A DNA stretch of 23,469 bases from a virus, in UHGV virus genome UHGV-0341897; one strand, 5' to 3'. Made by a program: the position numbers and the translations under genes. Positions 7,886-15,759 of this stretch are shown here, in pieces (position 1 is the first letter of the stretch; each line of letters starts with the position of its first letter). The notes under the pieces were generated by a model that searched no databases, was not told where the DNA came from, and saw nothing but the letters and a program-made list of their open reading frames with translations.

Positions 7886-8046
7886 ACAGCCCCTCGTTTA
7901 TTATTTATCTCCTCAGCCAGCCGCTGGGCTTTCAGTGGATTTTGGATAACAGAAAGGCCGGGAAATACCCAGCCTCGCTTTGTAACGGAGTAGACGAAAG
8001 TGATCGCGCCTACCCGGATATTATCGTGAGGATGCGTCATCGCCAT
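7858..8046 (-). CDS. Hypothetical early-left protein
   Basis: 62-aa ORF immediately downstream of exo in the same orientation, overlapping its neighbours. Confidence 0.35.
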   Translation of the reverse strand: MAMTHPHDNIRVGAITFVYSVTKRGWVFPGLSVIQNPLKAQRLAEEINNKRGAVCTKHLPLS

Positions 8047-8717
8047 TGCTCCCCAAATACAAAACCAATTTCAGCCAGTGCCTCGTCCATTTTTTCGATG
8101 AACTCCGGCACCATCTCGTCAAAACTCGCCATGTACTTTTCATCCCGCTCAACCACGACATAATGCAGTCCTTCACGCTTCATACGCGGGTCATAGTTGG
8201 CAAAGTACCAGGCATCTTTTCGCGTCACCCACATGCTGTACTGCACCTGGGCCATGTAAGCCGACTTTATGGCCTCGAAACCACCGAGCCGGAACTTCAT
8301 GAAATCCCGGGAGGTAAACGGGCATTTCAGCTCAAGGCCATTGCCGTCACTGCATAAACCATCGGGAGAGCAGGCGGTGCGCATACTTTCGTCGCGATAG
8401 ATGATCGGGGATTCAGTAACATTCACGCCGGAAGTGAATTCAAACAGGGTTCTGGCGTCGTTCTCGTACTGTTTTCCCCAGGCCAGCGCCTTAGCATTAA
8501 CTTCCGGAGCCACACCGGTGCAAACCTCAGCCAGCAGGGTGTGGAAGTAGGACATTTTCATGTCAGGCCACTTCTTTCCTGAGCGGGGCTTTGCTATCAC
8601 GTTGTGAACTTCTGAAGCGGTGATGACGCCGAGCCGTAATTTGTGCCATGCATCATCCCCCTGTTCGACAGCTCTCACGTCGATCCCGGTACGCTGCAGG
8701 ATAATGTCCGGTATCAT
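8037..8717 (-). CDS. exo: Lambda exonuclease (Red-alpha)
   Basis: 226-aa [42 protein letters not shown]..., essentially the lambda Exo sequence as I recall it. Its start overlaps the bet stop (ATGA). Confidence 0.97.
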   Translation of the reverse strand: MIPDIILQRTGIDVRAVEQGDDAWHKLRLGVITASEVHNVIAKPRSGKKWPDMKMSYFHTLLAEVCTGVAPEVNAKALAWGKQYENDARTLFEFTSGVNVTESPIIYRDESMRTACSPDGLCSDGNGLELKCPFTSRDFMKFRLGGFEAIKSAYMAQVQYSMWVTRKDAWYFANYDPRMKREGLHYVVVERDEKYMASFDEMVPEFIEKMDEALAEIGFVFGEQWR

Positions 8718-9499
8718 GCTGCCGCCTTCTGCTCAGTGGCTTTCTGTTTCAGGAATCCAAGAGCTTTCACTGCTTCGGCCTGTGTCAGTTCTGACGATGC
8801 GCGAATGTCGCGGCGAAATATCTGGGAACAGAGCGGCAATAAGTCGTCATCCCATGTTTTATCCAGGGCGATCAGCAGAGTGTTAATCTCCTGCATGGTT
8901 TCATCGTTAACCGGAGTGATGTCGCGTTCTGGCTGACGTTCTGCAGTGTATGCAGTATTTTCGACAATGCGCTCGGCTTCATCCTTGTCATAGATACCAG
9001 CAAATCCGAAGGCGAGACGGGCACACTGAATCATGGCTTTATGCCGTAACATCCGTTTGGGATGCGACTGCCACGGGCCGGTGATTTCTCTGCCTTCGCG
9101 GGTTTTGAATGGTTCGCGGCGGCATTCATCCATCCACTCGGTAACGCAGATCGGATGATTACGGTCCTTGCGGTAAATCCGGCATGTACAGGATTCATTG
9201 TCCTGCTCAAAGTCCATGCCATCAAACTGCTGGTTTTCATTGATGATGCGGGACCAGCCATCAACGCCCACCACCGGAACGATGCCGTTCTGCTTATCAG
9301 GGAAGGCGTAAATTTCTTTCGTCCACGGATTAAGGCCGTACTGGTTGGCGACGATCAACAATGCGATGAACTGCGCATCGCTGGCATCGCCTTTAAATGC
9401 TGTCTGGCGAAGAGTGGTGATCAGTTCCTGTGGGTCGACAGAATCCATGCCGACACGTTCAGCCAGCTTCCCTGCCAGCGTTGCGAGTGCTGTACTCAT
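8714..9499 (-). CDS. bet: Lambda Bet single-strand annealing protein (Red-beta)
   Basis: 261-aa [62 protein letters not shown]..., matching lambda Bet from memory. Confidence 0.97.
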   Translation of the reverse strand: MSTALATLAGKLAERVGMDSVDPQELITTLRQTAFKGDASDAQFIALLIVANQYGLNPWTKEIYAFPDKQNGIVPVVGVDGWSRIINENQQFDGMDFEQDNESCTCRIYRKDRNHPICVTEWMDECRREPFKTREGREITGPWQSHPKRMLRHKAMIQCARLAFGFAGIYDKDEAERIVENTAYTAERQPERDITPVNDETMQEINTLLIALDKTWDDDLLPLCSQIFRRDIRASSELTQAEAVKALGFLKQKATEQKAAA

Positions 9500-9504
9500 C
9501 CGTT

Positions 9505-9801
9505 TTATACCTCTGAATCAATATCAACCTGATGGTGAGCAATGGTTTCAACCATGTACCGGATGTGTTCTGCCATGCGCTCCTGAAACTCAACATCGTC
9601 ATCAAACGCACGGGTAATGGCTTTTTTGCTGGCCCCGTGGCGTTGCAAATGATCGATGCAGAGTGATTCAAACAGGTGCTGGGACAGACCCTTTTCCATG
9701 TCGTCTGCCAGTTCTGCCTCTTTCTCTTCACGGGCGATCTGCTGGTAGTGACGTGCCCAGCTCTGAGCCTCAAGACGATCCTGAATGTAATAAGCGTTCA
9801 T
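9505..9801 (-). CDS. gam: Gam, RecBCD inhibitor (98-aa GamS-length form)
   Basis: [42 protein letters not shown]... matches lambda GamS. An in-frame TAA lies 19 codons upstream of the ATG, so no GamL-type extension is possible. Confidence 0.95.
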   Translation of the reverse strand: MNAYYIQDRLEAQSWARHYQQIAREEKEAELADDMEKGLSQHLFESLCIDHLQRHGASKKAITRAFDDDVEFQERMAEHIRYMVETIAHHQVDIDSEV

Positions 9802-9876
9802 GGCTGAACTCCTGAAAATGGCTGTGAAAATATCGCCCGCGAAATGCCCGGCTGATTAGGAAAACAGGAAAGGGGA

Positions 9877-10287
9877 TTAGTGATTGAGGCCGTTACCGCG
9901 TCCGTCGAGAAAAACTTCCACGAGCAAATCACGGGTATAAGTGCGCTCGATGCCGCGATGCAGATAAAGCCGTCCGCGTAAATTAGCTGATGCAGTCCAG
10001 GTACCATCTTTGTGTTTGACCAGCATTCCTGGCATGACCGCACCTCGATTAACGGTCTGCGTTCCGTAATGTTGATGAACCATAAAAACTCCTGCCCGTA
10101 AGCTGGGCTGCTGAACATATAGAGACTTCTGCGCGTATTCAGGCGGTGGATGGCCGCCGGTTGTCATAACTAAGCCGCCTCGTTGAAGCGACTGAGGTAT
10201 GAGGTGTTGAGTTGATTTCAGCTGGTCACACCGACGTTCACGCGTCCGCTTCACCCCTCGCACTCCCCGGAGCCTGCTGAAATTCAA
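9877..10287 (-). CDS. Hypothetical first gene of the leftward operon, with an arginine-rich N-terminal segment
   Basis: ORF track start is a TTG. N-terminus [10 protein letters not shown] resembles the lambda N arginine-rich motif, but the rest is unlike N. An internal ATG at 10167 would give a 96-aa product. Coding status is uncertain. Confidence 0.4.
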   Translation of the reverse strand: MNFSRLRGVRGVKRTRERRCDQLKSTQHLIPQSLQRGGLVMTTGGHPPPEYAQKSLYVQQPSLRAGVFMVHQHYGTQTVNRGAVMPGMLVKHKDGTWTASANLRGRLYLHRGIERTYTRDLLVEVFLDGRGNGLNH

Positions 10288-10353
10288 GCTGCGGATCTAA
10301 GCGGTCATCGCAACGGTGAATCAGGTGATTGCCGTATCGTTGTGTTGTTGCGA

Positions 10354-10405
10354 CATGGTGATAATAGCTATTGCTATTGACTATATCAATACTTATTGCT
10401 ATTGA
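10354..10405 (-). promoter_or_regulatory. Putative pL promoter with overlapping operator-like repeats (oL)
   Basis: Minus strand reads TTGATA, a 17-nt spacer, then TATTAT. The 17-bp inverted repeat TATTGACTATATCAATA and two copies of ATTGCTATTGA overlap it. Confidence 0.45.
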
Positions 10406-10529
10406 TTGATGTGTTTTGATATTAACTGTTTGATAGCAAAAAGAATTAATTTTGTGACTTGCATCGCATAGCGATAACTGAAGCGAGGTCGTGGTGGTTT
10501 TTTGAACGGTTTATGTGATGAGGGGAGGC

Positions 10530-10557
10530 AAAAGAAAACCCGGCACGACGGCCGGGG
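10530..10557 (-). terminator. Rho-independent terminator 3' of the 287-aa gene
   Basis: Minus strand reads CCCGGCC-gtcgt-GCCGGG followed by TTTTCTTTT, directly after the stop codon at 10561-10563. Confidence 0.55.
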
Positions 10558-10560
10558 AAA

Positions 10561-11424
10561 TCATTTCGCATCTACAATAAATAACCTGTTTATCTGGCCT
10601 TTTTTAACAGTAGCCTTTGCGGTTATAGTGAATACTGCAGATGGATCACCTTTGGTTGATATATATGCACTAAGAGCTCTAATATACGGGTTATTCTTCT
10701 TTCCTGCAGCTGGATCGCTAATTTCAGCAGTGATTCTCTTTTTTGAGTCATCACCATCTAAAATTATTTTAGCTGTCATATTTTGTGCATCAAATTCTGT
10801 AAGAAAAGCACGATACTCACGAAGACCGAGAACTTCATCATCATCAAGCCTATCAATTTCAGCTTTATCTCTCTCGTTAACTTTTAGAAGGCAGCCGTCA
10901 ACATTTGTTGCAACACTTATCTGATCGCAAGTATTACCAATAGGTGATACTGCCTGCCTTACAGAGGGGCGAAGCTCTACAGCCATTCGGTCAATCAAAG
11001 AGATCAACTTATCAATGGTTCCAGCATCCTTGTTTCCTAGTGCCTCTATGGCCTTTTCAAGTGACTGCTGCAAAGCTTTCATTTCATCTTTCTTGTTAGA
11101 ATTTCTCGCAAAAATATATTGTAGTATTGCGCCAAGTATAGTTGCGGCGATCCCCGAGAACAACTGGTTCTGAGTGGCGAAGTTAAGAACTGCTTCAAGA
11201 GTAAAGCAGTTAGCTTTTGCTTCGCGTGCGTAAACCTTAACTTCCTGATAATTAATGTATTTACTATATTTTTGTGTAACAGAGAAAGAAGCTGCTGTTG
11301 AGAGAACTTTAGAAAAACCCTTTAGGGATTCTCCTAGGCAGTTCAAATCTATTTCATGATTTAAAGCATCTTTTCCGTCATACCTAAGAGAGATTTTTAT
11401 ATCCTGTAAAGCGTCACAATCCAT
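10561..11424 (-). CDS. Uncharacterised 287-aa protein at the rexAB-equivalent position downstream of cI; candidate exclusion or abortive-infection protein
   Basis: Long AT-rich ORF 66 bp downstream of cI and co-oriented with it, ending at its own terminator before oL/pL. Contains one hydrophobic helix ([19 protein letters not shown]) followed by a charged coiled-coil-like stretch. No family recognised. Confidence 0.75.
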   Translation of the reverse strand: MDCDALQDIKISLRYDGKDALNHEIDLNCLGESLKGFSKVLSTAASFSVTQKYSKYINYQEVKVYAREAKANCFTLEAVLNFATQNQLFSGIAATILGAILQYIFARNSNKKDEMKALQQSLEKAIEALGNKDAGTIDKLISLIDRMAVELRPSVRQAVSPIGNTCDQISVATNVDGCLLKVNERDKAEIDRLDDDEVLGLREYRAFLTEFDAQNMTAKIILDGDDSKKRITAEISDPAAGKKNNPYIRALSAYISTKGDPSAVFTITAKATVKKGQINRLFIVDAK

Positions 11425-11490
11425 AAATCGCTCTCGTCTAATTCTAATTAAATTTACTATCCCCTAAACGACTCATCAGCACAGTACTGA

Positions 11491-12183
11491 TTATCCATGT
11501 TTCCTGTACGTCTGGGGCATGCTCCCAATAACCTTACCGAAGATGAACACCCGGTTCATCTCGTCTTTCTCGATCGGGTCCCACGGTGAGTAGCTCTTGT
11601 TATCAGAGATAACCAGCAGCTTATCCTTCATCATTTGCAGGCGCTTTACATGGGCGGTGTCGTCGTACAGAAACGCATAGATGCCATCACCGTCGAAAGA
11701 TTTAACCGTGATATCAACGAACAGAAGATCACCAGGTTCAATCGTTCCTGACATGCTGTCACCGCGTACGTTAATGATGCGGATATTTTCTGCCTTCCTA
11801 CCATCGAACATGTGACGAGCATCGTCAAACGAGTACTCAACCGAGCGTAGAACTTCTACAAACTCACGGTTGATGACTCCCGGCCCGGCACTCACTTCTA
11901 TATCAAGAACGTCAATCTTGAAGTATTTGGGATGGTTGGCAGTAGGCTTCCCTAATTGTTGACCGTCATTTCTCATCGGGCCTATGCCTGATGAGAGCCA
12001 CTCTGTTCGAACACCCAATGCATTAGCTATTTCAACAATTTTTGTTGAGCCGCGCGCGTTGCCGCTTGTCAGTCTCCAGATTGTGGGTTGAGCTACGCCA
12101 GACGCCTTTGCAAGAGCGCCTTGAGACATTCCAGATTGTTCCATCGCTAGGTTTAAGCGATCAGCAAGAGTTTCTTTTTTCAT
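11491..12183 (-). CDS. cI: Prophage repressor, cI-type (HTH-XRE plus LexA/S24-like autopeptidase domain)
   Basis: N-terminal helix-turn-helix (QGALAKASGVAQPTIWRL) and C-terminal S24 peptidase signatures (GDSM ... VKR). Start placed at the ATG for MKKETL (12183); the ORF track begins at an upstream TTG (12219). Divergent from cro. Confidence 0.9.
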   Translation of the reverse strand: MKKETLADRLNLAMEQSGMSQGALAKASGVAQPTIWRLTSGNARGSTKIVEIANALGVRTEWLSSGIGPMRNDGQQLGKPTANHPKYFKIDVLDIEVSAGPGVINREFVEVLRSVEYSFDDARHMFDGRKAENIRIINVRGDSMSGTIEPGDLLFVDITVKSFDGDGIYAFLYDDTAHVKRLQMMKDKLLVISDNKSYSPWDPIEKDEMNRVFIFGKVIGSMPQTYRKHG

Positions 12184-12293
12184 AAGTTTTAATTTATACG
12201 CTTGCGTATTGATGGTCAAAACACGTTTTGCTATTGCTGTGATTAATACGCATTGCTATTATTTATTCATTGTAATACCAATAGGAATTAATA
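12184..12293. promoter_or_regulatory. oR/pR/pRM-type divergent control region between cI and cro
   Basis: Contains the 14-bp inverted repeat ATACGCTTGCGTAT, two TTGCTATT-core repeats shared with the oL region, and a plus-strand TTGCTG, 17-nt spacer, TATTAT promoter about 30 bp upstream of cro. Confidence 0.55.
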
Positions 12294-12521
12294 ATGACAA
12301 ATCAAACCATTCAACTCGCAATCAGTATTACAGGTAGTCAAAAACGACTGGCAGATCTATGCGGTGTAGCCCAGCCCACTGTTTGGCGTTGGCTACACGG
12401 TGGCGGAATTGATGCCCGCTATGTAATGAAAATTGTCTCAGCCACTGGTGGAAAGATTAAACCAGCAGATATTCGTCCCGACCTCGCACCATTGTTTAAC
12501 GCGAGTAATTCTGCCGCCTAA
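12294..12521 (+). CDS. cro: Cro-like HTH regulator (YdaS-type)
   Basis: 75-aa ORF divergent from cI with HTH segment QKRLADLCGVAQPTVWRWL and an AGGAA Shine-Dalgarno. Confidence 0.8.
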   Translation: MTNQTIQLAISITGSQKRLADLCGVAQPTVWRWLHGGGIDARYVMKIVSATGGKIKPADIRPDLAPLFNASNSAA

Positions 12522-12545
12522 TCTGCGGCGTTAACTGATAAGGCA

Positions 12546-13091
12546 ATGACTATGCAACCACTTACATACCAACAGACTAGCGGATTTAGCCCGACTGCGG
12601 TGATAAATCGTTCTCAAACAAAACAGGCGCCAGGCCACGAAAAAATCCGTGATGCCGTTCGCGCCTGGTCGGCTGCAGATAATCAGGATGTTGTTGCCGC
12701 ACTCATTGTGAATGAGTATCGGGAGCAGGGCGGCGGCACCATCGATTTCCCTGATGATGTCAGCCGTGCACGCCAGAAGCTGTTCCGCTTCCTCGATAAC
12801 AAATTCGATTCTGAAAAATACCGAAATAACGTGCGTGAACTGACCCCGGCAATTCTGGCGGTACTACCGCTGGAATATCGCGGCCACCTGGTTGAGCAGG
12901 ATAGCTTCATGGCTCGGCTGGCTGAAATGGAAAAGGAACTCAGTGAGGCAAAACAGGCTGTCATTCTCAACGCACCACGCCACCAGAAACTGAAGGAGAT
13001 GAGTGAAGGCATTGTGTCGATGTTTCGTGTGGACCCGGATCTGGCTGGTCCACTGATGGCGATGGTCACCACCATGCTGGGGGCAATATGA
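12546..13091 (+). CDS. CII-position regulator (possibly YdaT-family)
   Basis: 181-aa ORF between cro and O. Assigned by position only; YdaT-like identity is a guess from memory. Confidence 0.5.
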   Translation: MTMQPLTYQQTSGFSPTAVINRSQTKQAPGHEKIRDAVRAWSAADNQDVVAALIVNEYREQGGGTIDFPDDVSRARQKLFRFLDNKFDSEKYRNNVRELTPAILAVLPLEYRGHLVEQDSFMARLAEMEKELSEAKQAVILNAPRHQKLKEMSEGIVSMFRVDPDLAGPLMAMVTTMLGAI

Positions 13092-13177
13092 CAGGTTCGG
13101 AAATGGCGAAAGCCGGTCTGCGCGAACAGAACCGACTTTCAGGTGCAAATCGTAACACACTCATTGCGGGAGGAATT

Positions 13178-14107
13178 ATGGCAAACACTGCTGAGATATT
13201 CAATTTTCCAGTGCCGGATGTGGCACAAAAGGAGCCGCGCGTGGCAGATCTCGATGATGGTTATACGCGCATTGCAAATGAGTTGCTGGAAGCTGTGATG
13301 CTGGCCGGATTAACACAGCACCAGCTTCTGGTCTTCCTGGCTGTCATGCGCAAAACATATGGCTTTAATAAAAAACTGGATTGGGTGAGCAACGAGCAAC
13401 TTTCCGAGTTGACCGGGATATTGCCGCACAAGTGTTCTGCTGCAAAAAGTGTTCTGATAAAGCGTGGGATTTTTATTCAGAGCGGGCGGAATATCGGCAT
13501 TAATAATGTGGTCAGTGAATGGTCAACATTACCCGAATCAGGTAAGAAAAATAAAGTTTACCTGAAAGAGGTAAATTTACCTGAATCAGGTAAGAAAAGT
13601 TTACCCAAATCAGGTAAAGACGTTTACCCGAATCAGGTAAACACAAAAGACAAACTAACAAAAGACAATATAAAACCTTTTTCGTCCGAGAATTCTGGCG
13701 AATCCTCTGACCAGCCAGAAAACGATCTTCCTGTGGTGAAACCGGATGCTGCAATTCAGAGCGGCAGCAAGTGGGGGACAGCAGAAGACCTGACCGCCGC
13801 AGAGTGGATGTTTGACATGGTGAAGACCATCGCGCCATCAGCCAGAAAACCGAATTTTGCAGGGTGGGCTAACGATATCCGCCTGATGCGTGAACGTGAC
13901 GGACGTAACCACCGCGACATGTGTGTACTGTTCCGCTGGGCATGCCAGGACAACTTCTGGTCCGGTAACGTGCTAAGTCCGGCCAAACTCCGCGACAAGT
14001 GGACCCAACTCGAAATCAACCGTAACAAGCAACAGGCTGGCGTGACAGCCGGAAAATCAAAACTCGACCTGACAAACACTGACTGGATTTATGGGGTGGA
14101 TTTATGA
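13178..14107 (+). CDS. O: Replication initiator, lambda O-like (origin-binding)
   Basis: Start at MANTAEIFNFPV with a GGGAGG Shine-Dalgarno; the ORF track extends to 13088. Has the lambda O N-terminal motif VADLDDGY, internal iterons, and a C-terminus overlapping P. Confidence 0.9.
   Translation: MANTAEIFNFPVPDVAQKEPRVADLDDGYTRIANELLEAVMLAGLTQHQLLVFLAVMRKTYGFNKKLDWVSNEQLSELTGILPHKCSAAKSVLIKRGIFIQSGRNIGINNVVSEWSTLPESGKKNKVYLKEVNLPESGKKSLPKSGKDVYPNQVNTKDKLTKDNIKPFSSENSGESSDQPENDLPVVKPDAAIQSGSKWGTAEDLTAAEWMFDMVKTIAPSARKPNFAGWANDIRLMRERDGRNHRDMCVLFRWACQDNFWSGNVLSPAKLRDKWTQLEINRNKQQAGVTAGKSKLDLTNTDWIYGVDL
13529..13641 (+). repeat. Replication origin iterons: five copies of about 19 bp (TTTACC-N7-GGTAA) inside O, followed by an AT-rich stretch
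   Basis: Direct reading gives ttacccgaatcaggtaag, tttacctgaaagaggtaaa, tttacctgaatcaggtaag, tttacccaaatcaggtaaa, tttacccgaatcaggtaaa. The AT-rich tract cacaaaagacaaactaacaaaagacaatataaaacc follows at 13642-13680. Confidence 0.8.
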
Positions 14108-14805
14108 AAAACATCGCCGCACAGATGGTTAACTTTGACCGTGAGCAGATGTGCCGGATCGCCAATAACATGCCGGAACAGTACGACGAAAAGCCGCAGG
14201 TACAGCAGGTAGCGCAGATCATCAACGGTGTGTTCAGCCAGTTACTGGCAACTTTCCCGGCGAGTCTGGCTAACCGGGACCAGAACGAACTGAACGAAAT
14301 CCGCCGCCAGTGGGTTCTGGCTTTCCGGGAAAACGGGATCACCACAATGGAACAGGTTAACGCAGGAATGCGCGTAGCCCGTCGGCAGAATCGACCATTC
14401 CTGCCATCACCCGGGCAGTTTGTTGCCTGGTGTCGGGAAGAAGCATCCGTTACCGCCGGGCTGCCAAACGCCAGCGAGCTGGTTGATATGGTTTACGAGT
14501 ATTGCCGGAAGCGTGGCCTTTATCCGGATGCAGAGTCTTATCCATGGAAATCAAACGCGCATTACTGGTTGGTTACCAACCTGTATCAGAACATGCGAGC
14601 CAATGCGCTGACTGACGCGGAATTACGGCGCAAGGCTGCCGATGAACTGACCTGTATGACAGCGCGAATTAACCGTGGTGAGGCTATACCTGAACCAGTA
14701 AAACAAATTCCTGTCATGGGCGGTAGACCTCTAAATCGTGCACAGGCTCTGGCGAAGATCGCAGAAATCAAAGCTAAGTTTGGGCTGAAAGGAGCAAGAG
14801 TATGA
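14104..14805 (+). CDS. P: Replication protein P (DnaB helicase loader), lambda-like
   Basis: 233-aa ORF MKNIAAQMVNFDREQMCRIANNMPEQYDEKPQVQQVAQIINGVFSQLL..., near-identical to lambda P as I recall it. Confidence 0.97.
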   Translation: MKNIAAQMVNFDREQMCRIANNMPEQYDEKPQVQQVAQIINGVFSQLLATFPASLANRDQNELNEIRRQWVLAFRENGITTMEQVNAGMRVARRQNRPFLPSPGQFVAWCREEASVTAGLPNASELVDMVYEYCRKRGLYPDAESYPWKSNAHYWLVTNLYQNMRANALTDAELRRKAADELTCMTARINRGEAIPEPVKQIPVMGGRPLNRAQALAKIAEIKAKFGLKGARV

Positions 14806-15104
14806 CGGGCAAAGAGGCAATTATTCATTACCTGGGGACTCATAAGAACTTCTGTGCGCAGGACGTTGCCGCGGTAACAGGCGCAACCGTAACCAGCATA
14901 AATCAGGCTGCGGCTAAAATGGCGCGGGCAGGAATCCTGGTCGTTGATGGTAAGGTCTGGCGAACGGTGTATTATCGGTTCGCTACCAGAGAAGAACGGG
15001 AAGGAAAGGTGAGCGCGAATTTGATTTTTAAGGAGTGTCGCCAGAGTGCCGCGATGAAACGGGTATTGAGGGTATATAAAAGAACATCAATGGGTACACA
15101 ATGA
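14802..15104 (+). CDS. ren: Ren (Rex-exclusion protection protein)
   Basis: 100-aa ORF MTGKEAIIHYLGTHKNFCAQDVAAVTGATVTSINQAAAKMARAG..., matching lambda/DLP12 Ren from memory. Confidence 0.9.
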   Translation: MTGKEAIIHYLGTHKNFCAQDVAAVTGATVTSINQAAAKMARAGILVVDGKVWRTVYYRFATREEREGKVSANLIFKECRQSAAMKRVLRVYKRTSMGTQ

Positions 15105-15171
15105 TGAAACAGGTGAGTTGAGTTCAAACTGTAGTACAATTCTCTCCAGTTTGAACAGGAAAGAATATGCT

Positions 15172-15504
15172 ATGAACCCTTATATTTATCTTGGTGGTGC
15201 AATACTTGCAGAGGTCATTGGTACAACCTTAATGAAGTTTTCAGAAGGTTTTACACGGTTATGGCCATCTGTTGGTACAATTATTTGTTATTGTGCATCA
15301 TTCTGGTTATTAGCTCAGACGCTGGCTTATATACCTACAGGGATTGCTTATGCTATCTGGTCAGGAGTCGGTATTGTCCTGATTAGCATACTATCATGGG
15401 GATTTTTCGGCCAACGGTTGGACCTGCCAGCCATTATAGGCATGATGTTGATTTGTGCCGGTGTGTTGGTTATTAATTTATTGTCACGAAGCACACCACA
15501 TTAA
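15172..15504 (+). CDS. emrE: Small multidrug resistance efflux transporter EmrE
   Basis: 110-aa product from Met19 of the ORF track entry (MNPYIYLGGAILAEVIGTTLMKFSEGF...), with four hydrophobic helices. Matches E. coli EmrE, known from DLP12. Confidence 0.95.
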   Translation: MNPYIYLGGAILAEVIGTTLMKFSEGFTRLWPSVGTIICYCASFWLLAQTLAYIPTGIAYAIWSGVGIVLISILSWGFFGQRLDLPAIIGMMLICAGVLVINLLSRSTPH

Positions 15505-15759
15505 AAATAATTTATTTTTAAACGACTAAAATATGGAGGTTCGTATATTTGTATGGGCCTCGTTTTATGCTTTTTGTTAATGTCTTTAGTTTTTATTCAT
15601 TCTTTTGAACTTTCAAGATTATGGTGTAAGAAAATTGCAATACGATTATTGTTGTATATTCAAGATAATGTGACCTTAATTGTCTTTTTAAATAAAAATT
15701 AAACAAAAATCATATCTCACCACTAAGGTTTATAAAAGCATACTTTAGCAGGTGTCACC

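Noticed and set aside
8046-9773. ORFs overlapping exo, bet and gam (8046..8357, 8620..8886, 8643..8936, 9031..9264, 9062..9532, 9345..9617, 9459..9773)
   Set aside because: exo, bet and gam are near-identical to lambda and fully occupy this interval. The overlapping frames are shadow ORFs.
9802-9921. A GamL-type N-terminal extension of gam
   Set aside because: An in-frame TAA lies 19 codons upstream of the GamS start, so only the 98-aa form can be made from this frame.
9798-10118. 106-aa ORF whose TGA overlaps the gam ATG
   Set aside because: It overlaps the Arg-rich ORF in another frame and has no recognisable family. I could not decide which frame is real and listed only the longer one, at low confidence.
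10502-10924. 140-aa plus-strand ORF
   Set aside because: It is antisense to the 287-aa gene and runs through its terminator. It is a low-complexity translation with no start signals.
13529-13641. Possible CRISPR array
   Set aside because: The repeats are contiguous about 19-bp units with no spacers, lie inside the O reading frame and are followed by an AT-rich tract. They are origin iterons.
11646-14843. Antisense or out-of-frame ORFs within cI, the CII-position gene, O and P (11646..11840, 12683..13075, 12864..13160, 13512..13838, 13756..14079, 14016..14345, 14420..14611, 14586..14843)
   Set aside because: Each overlaps a strongly supported gene. Several are repeat-driven translations of the iteron region.
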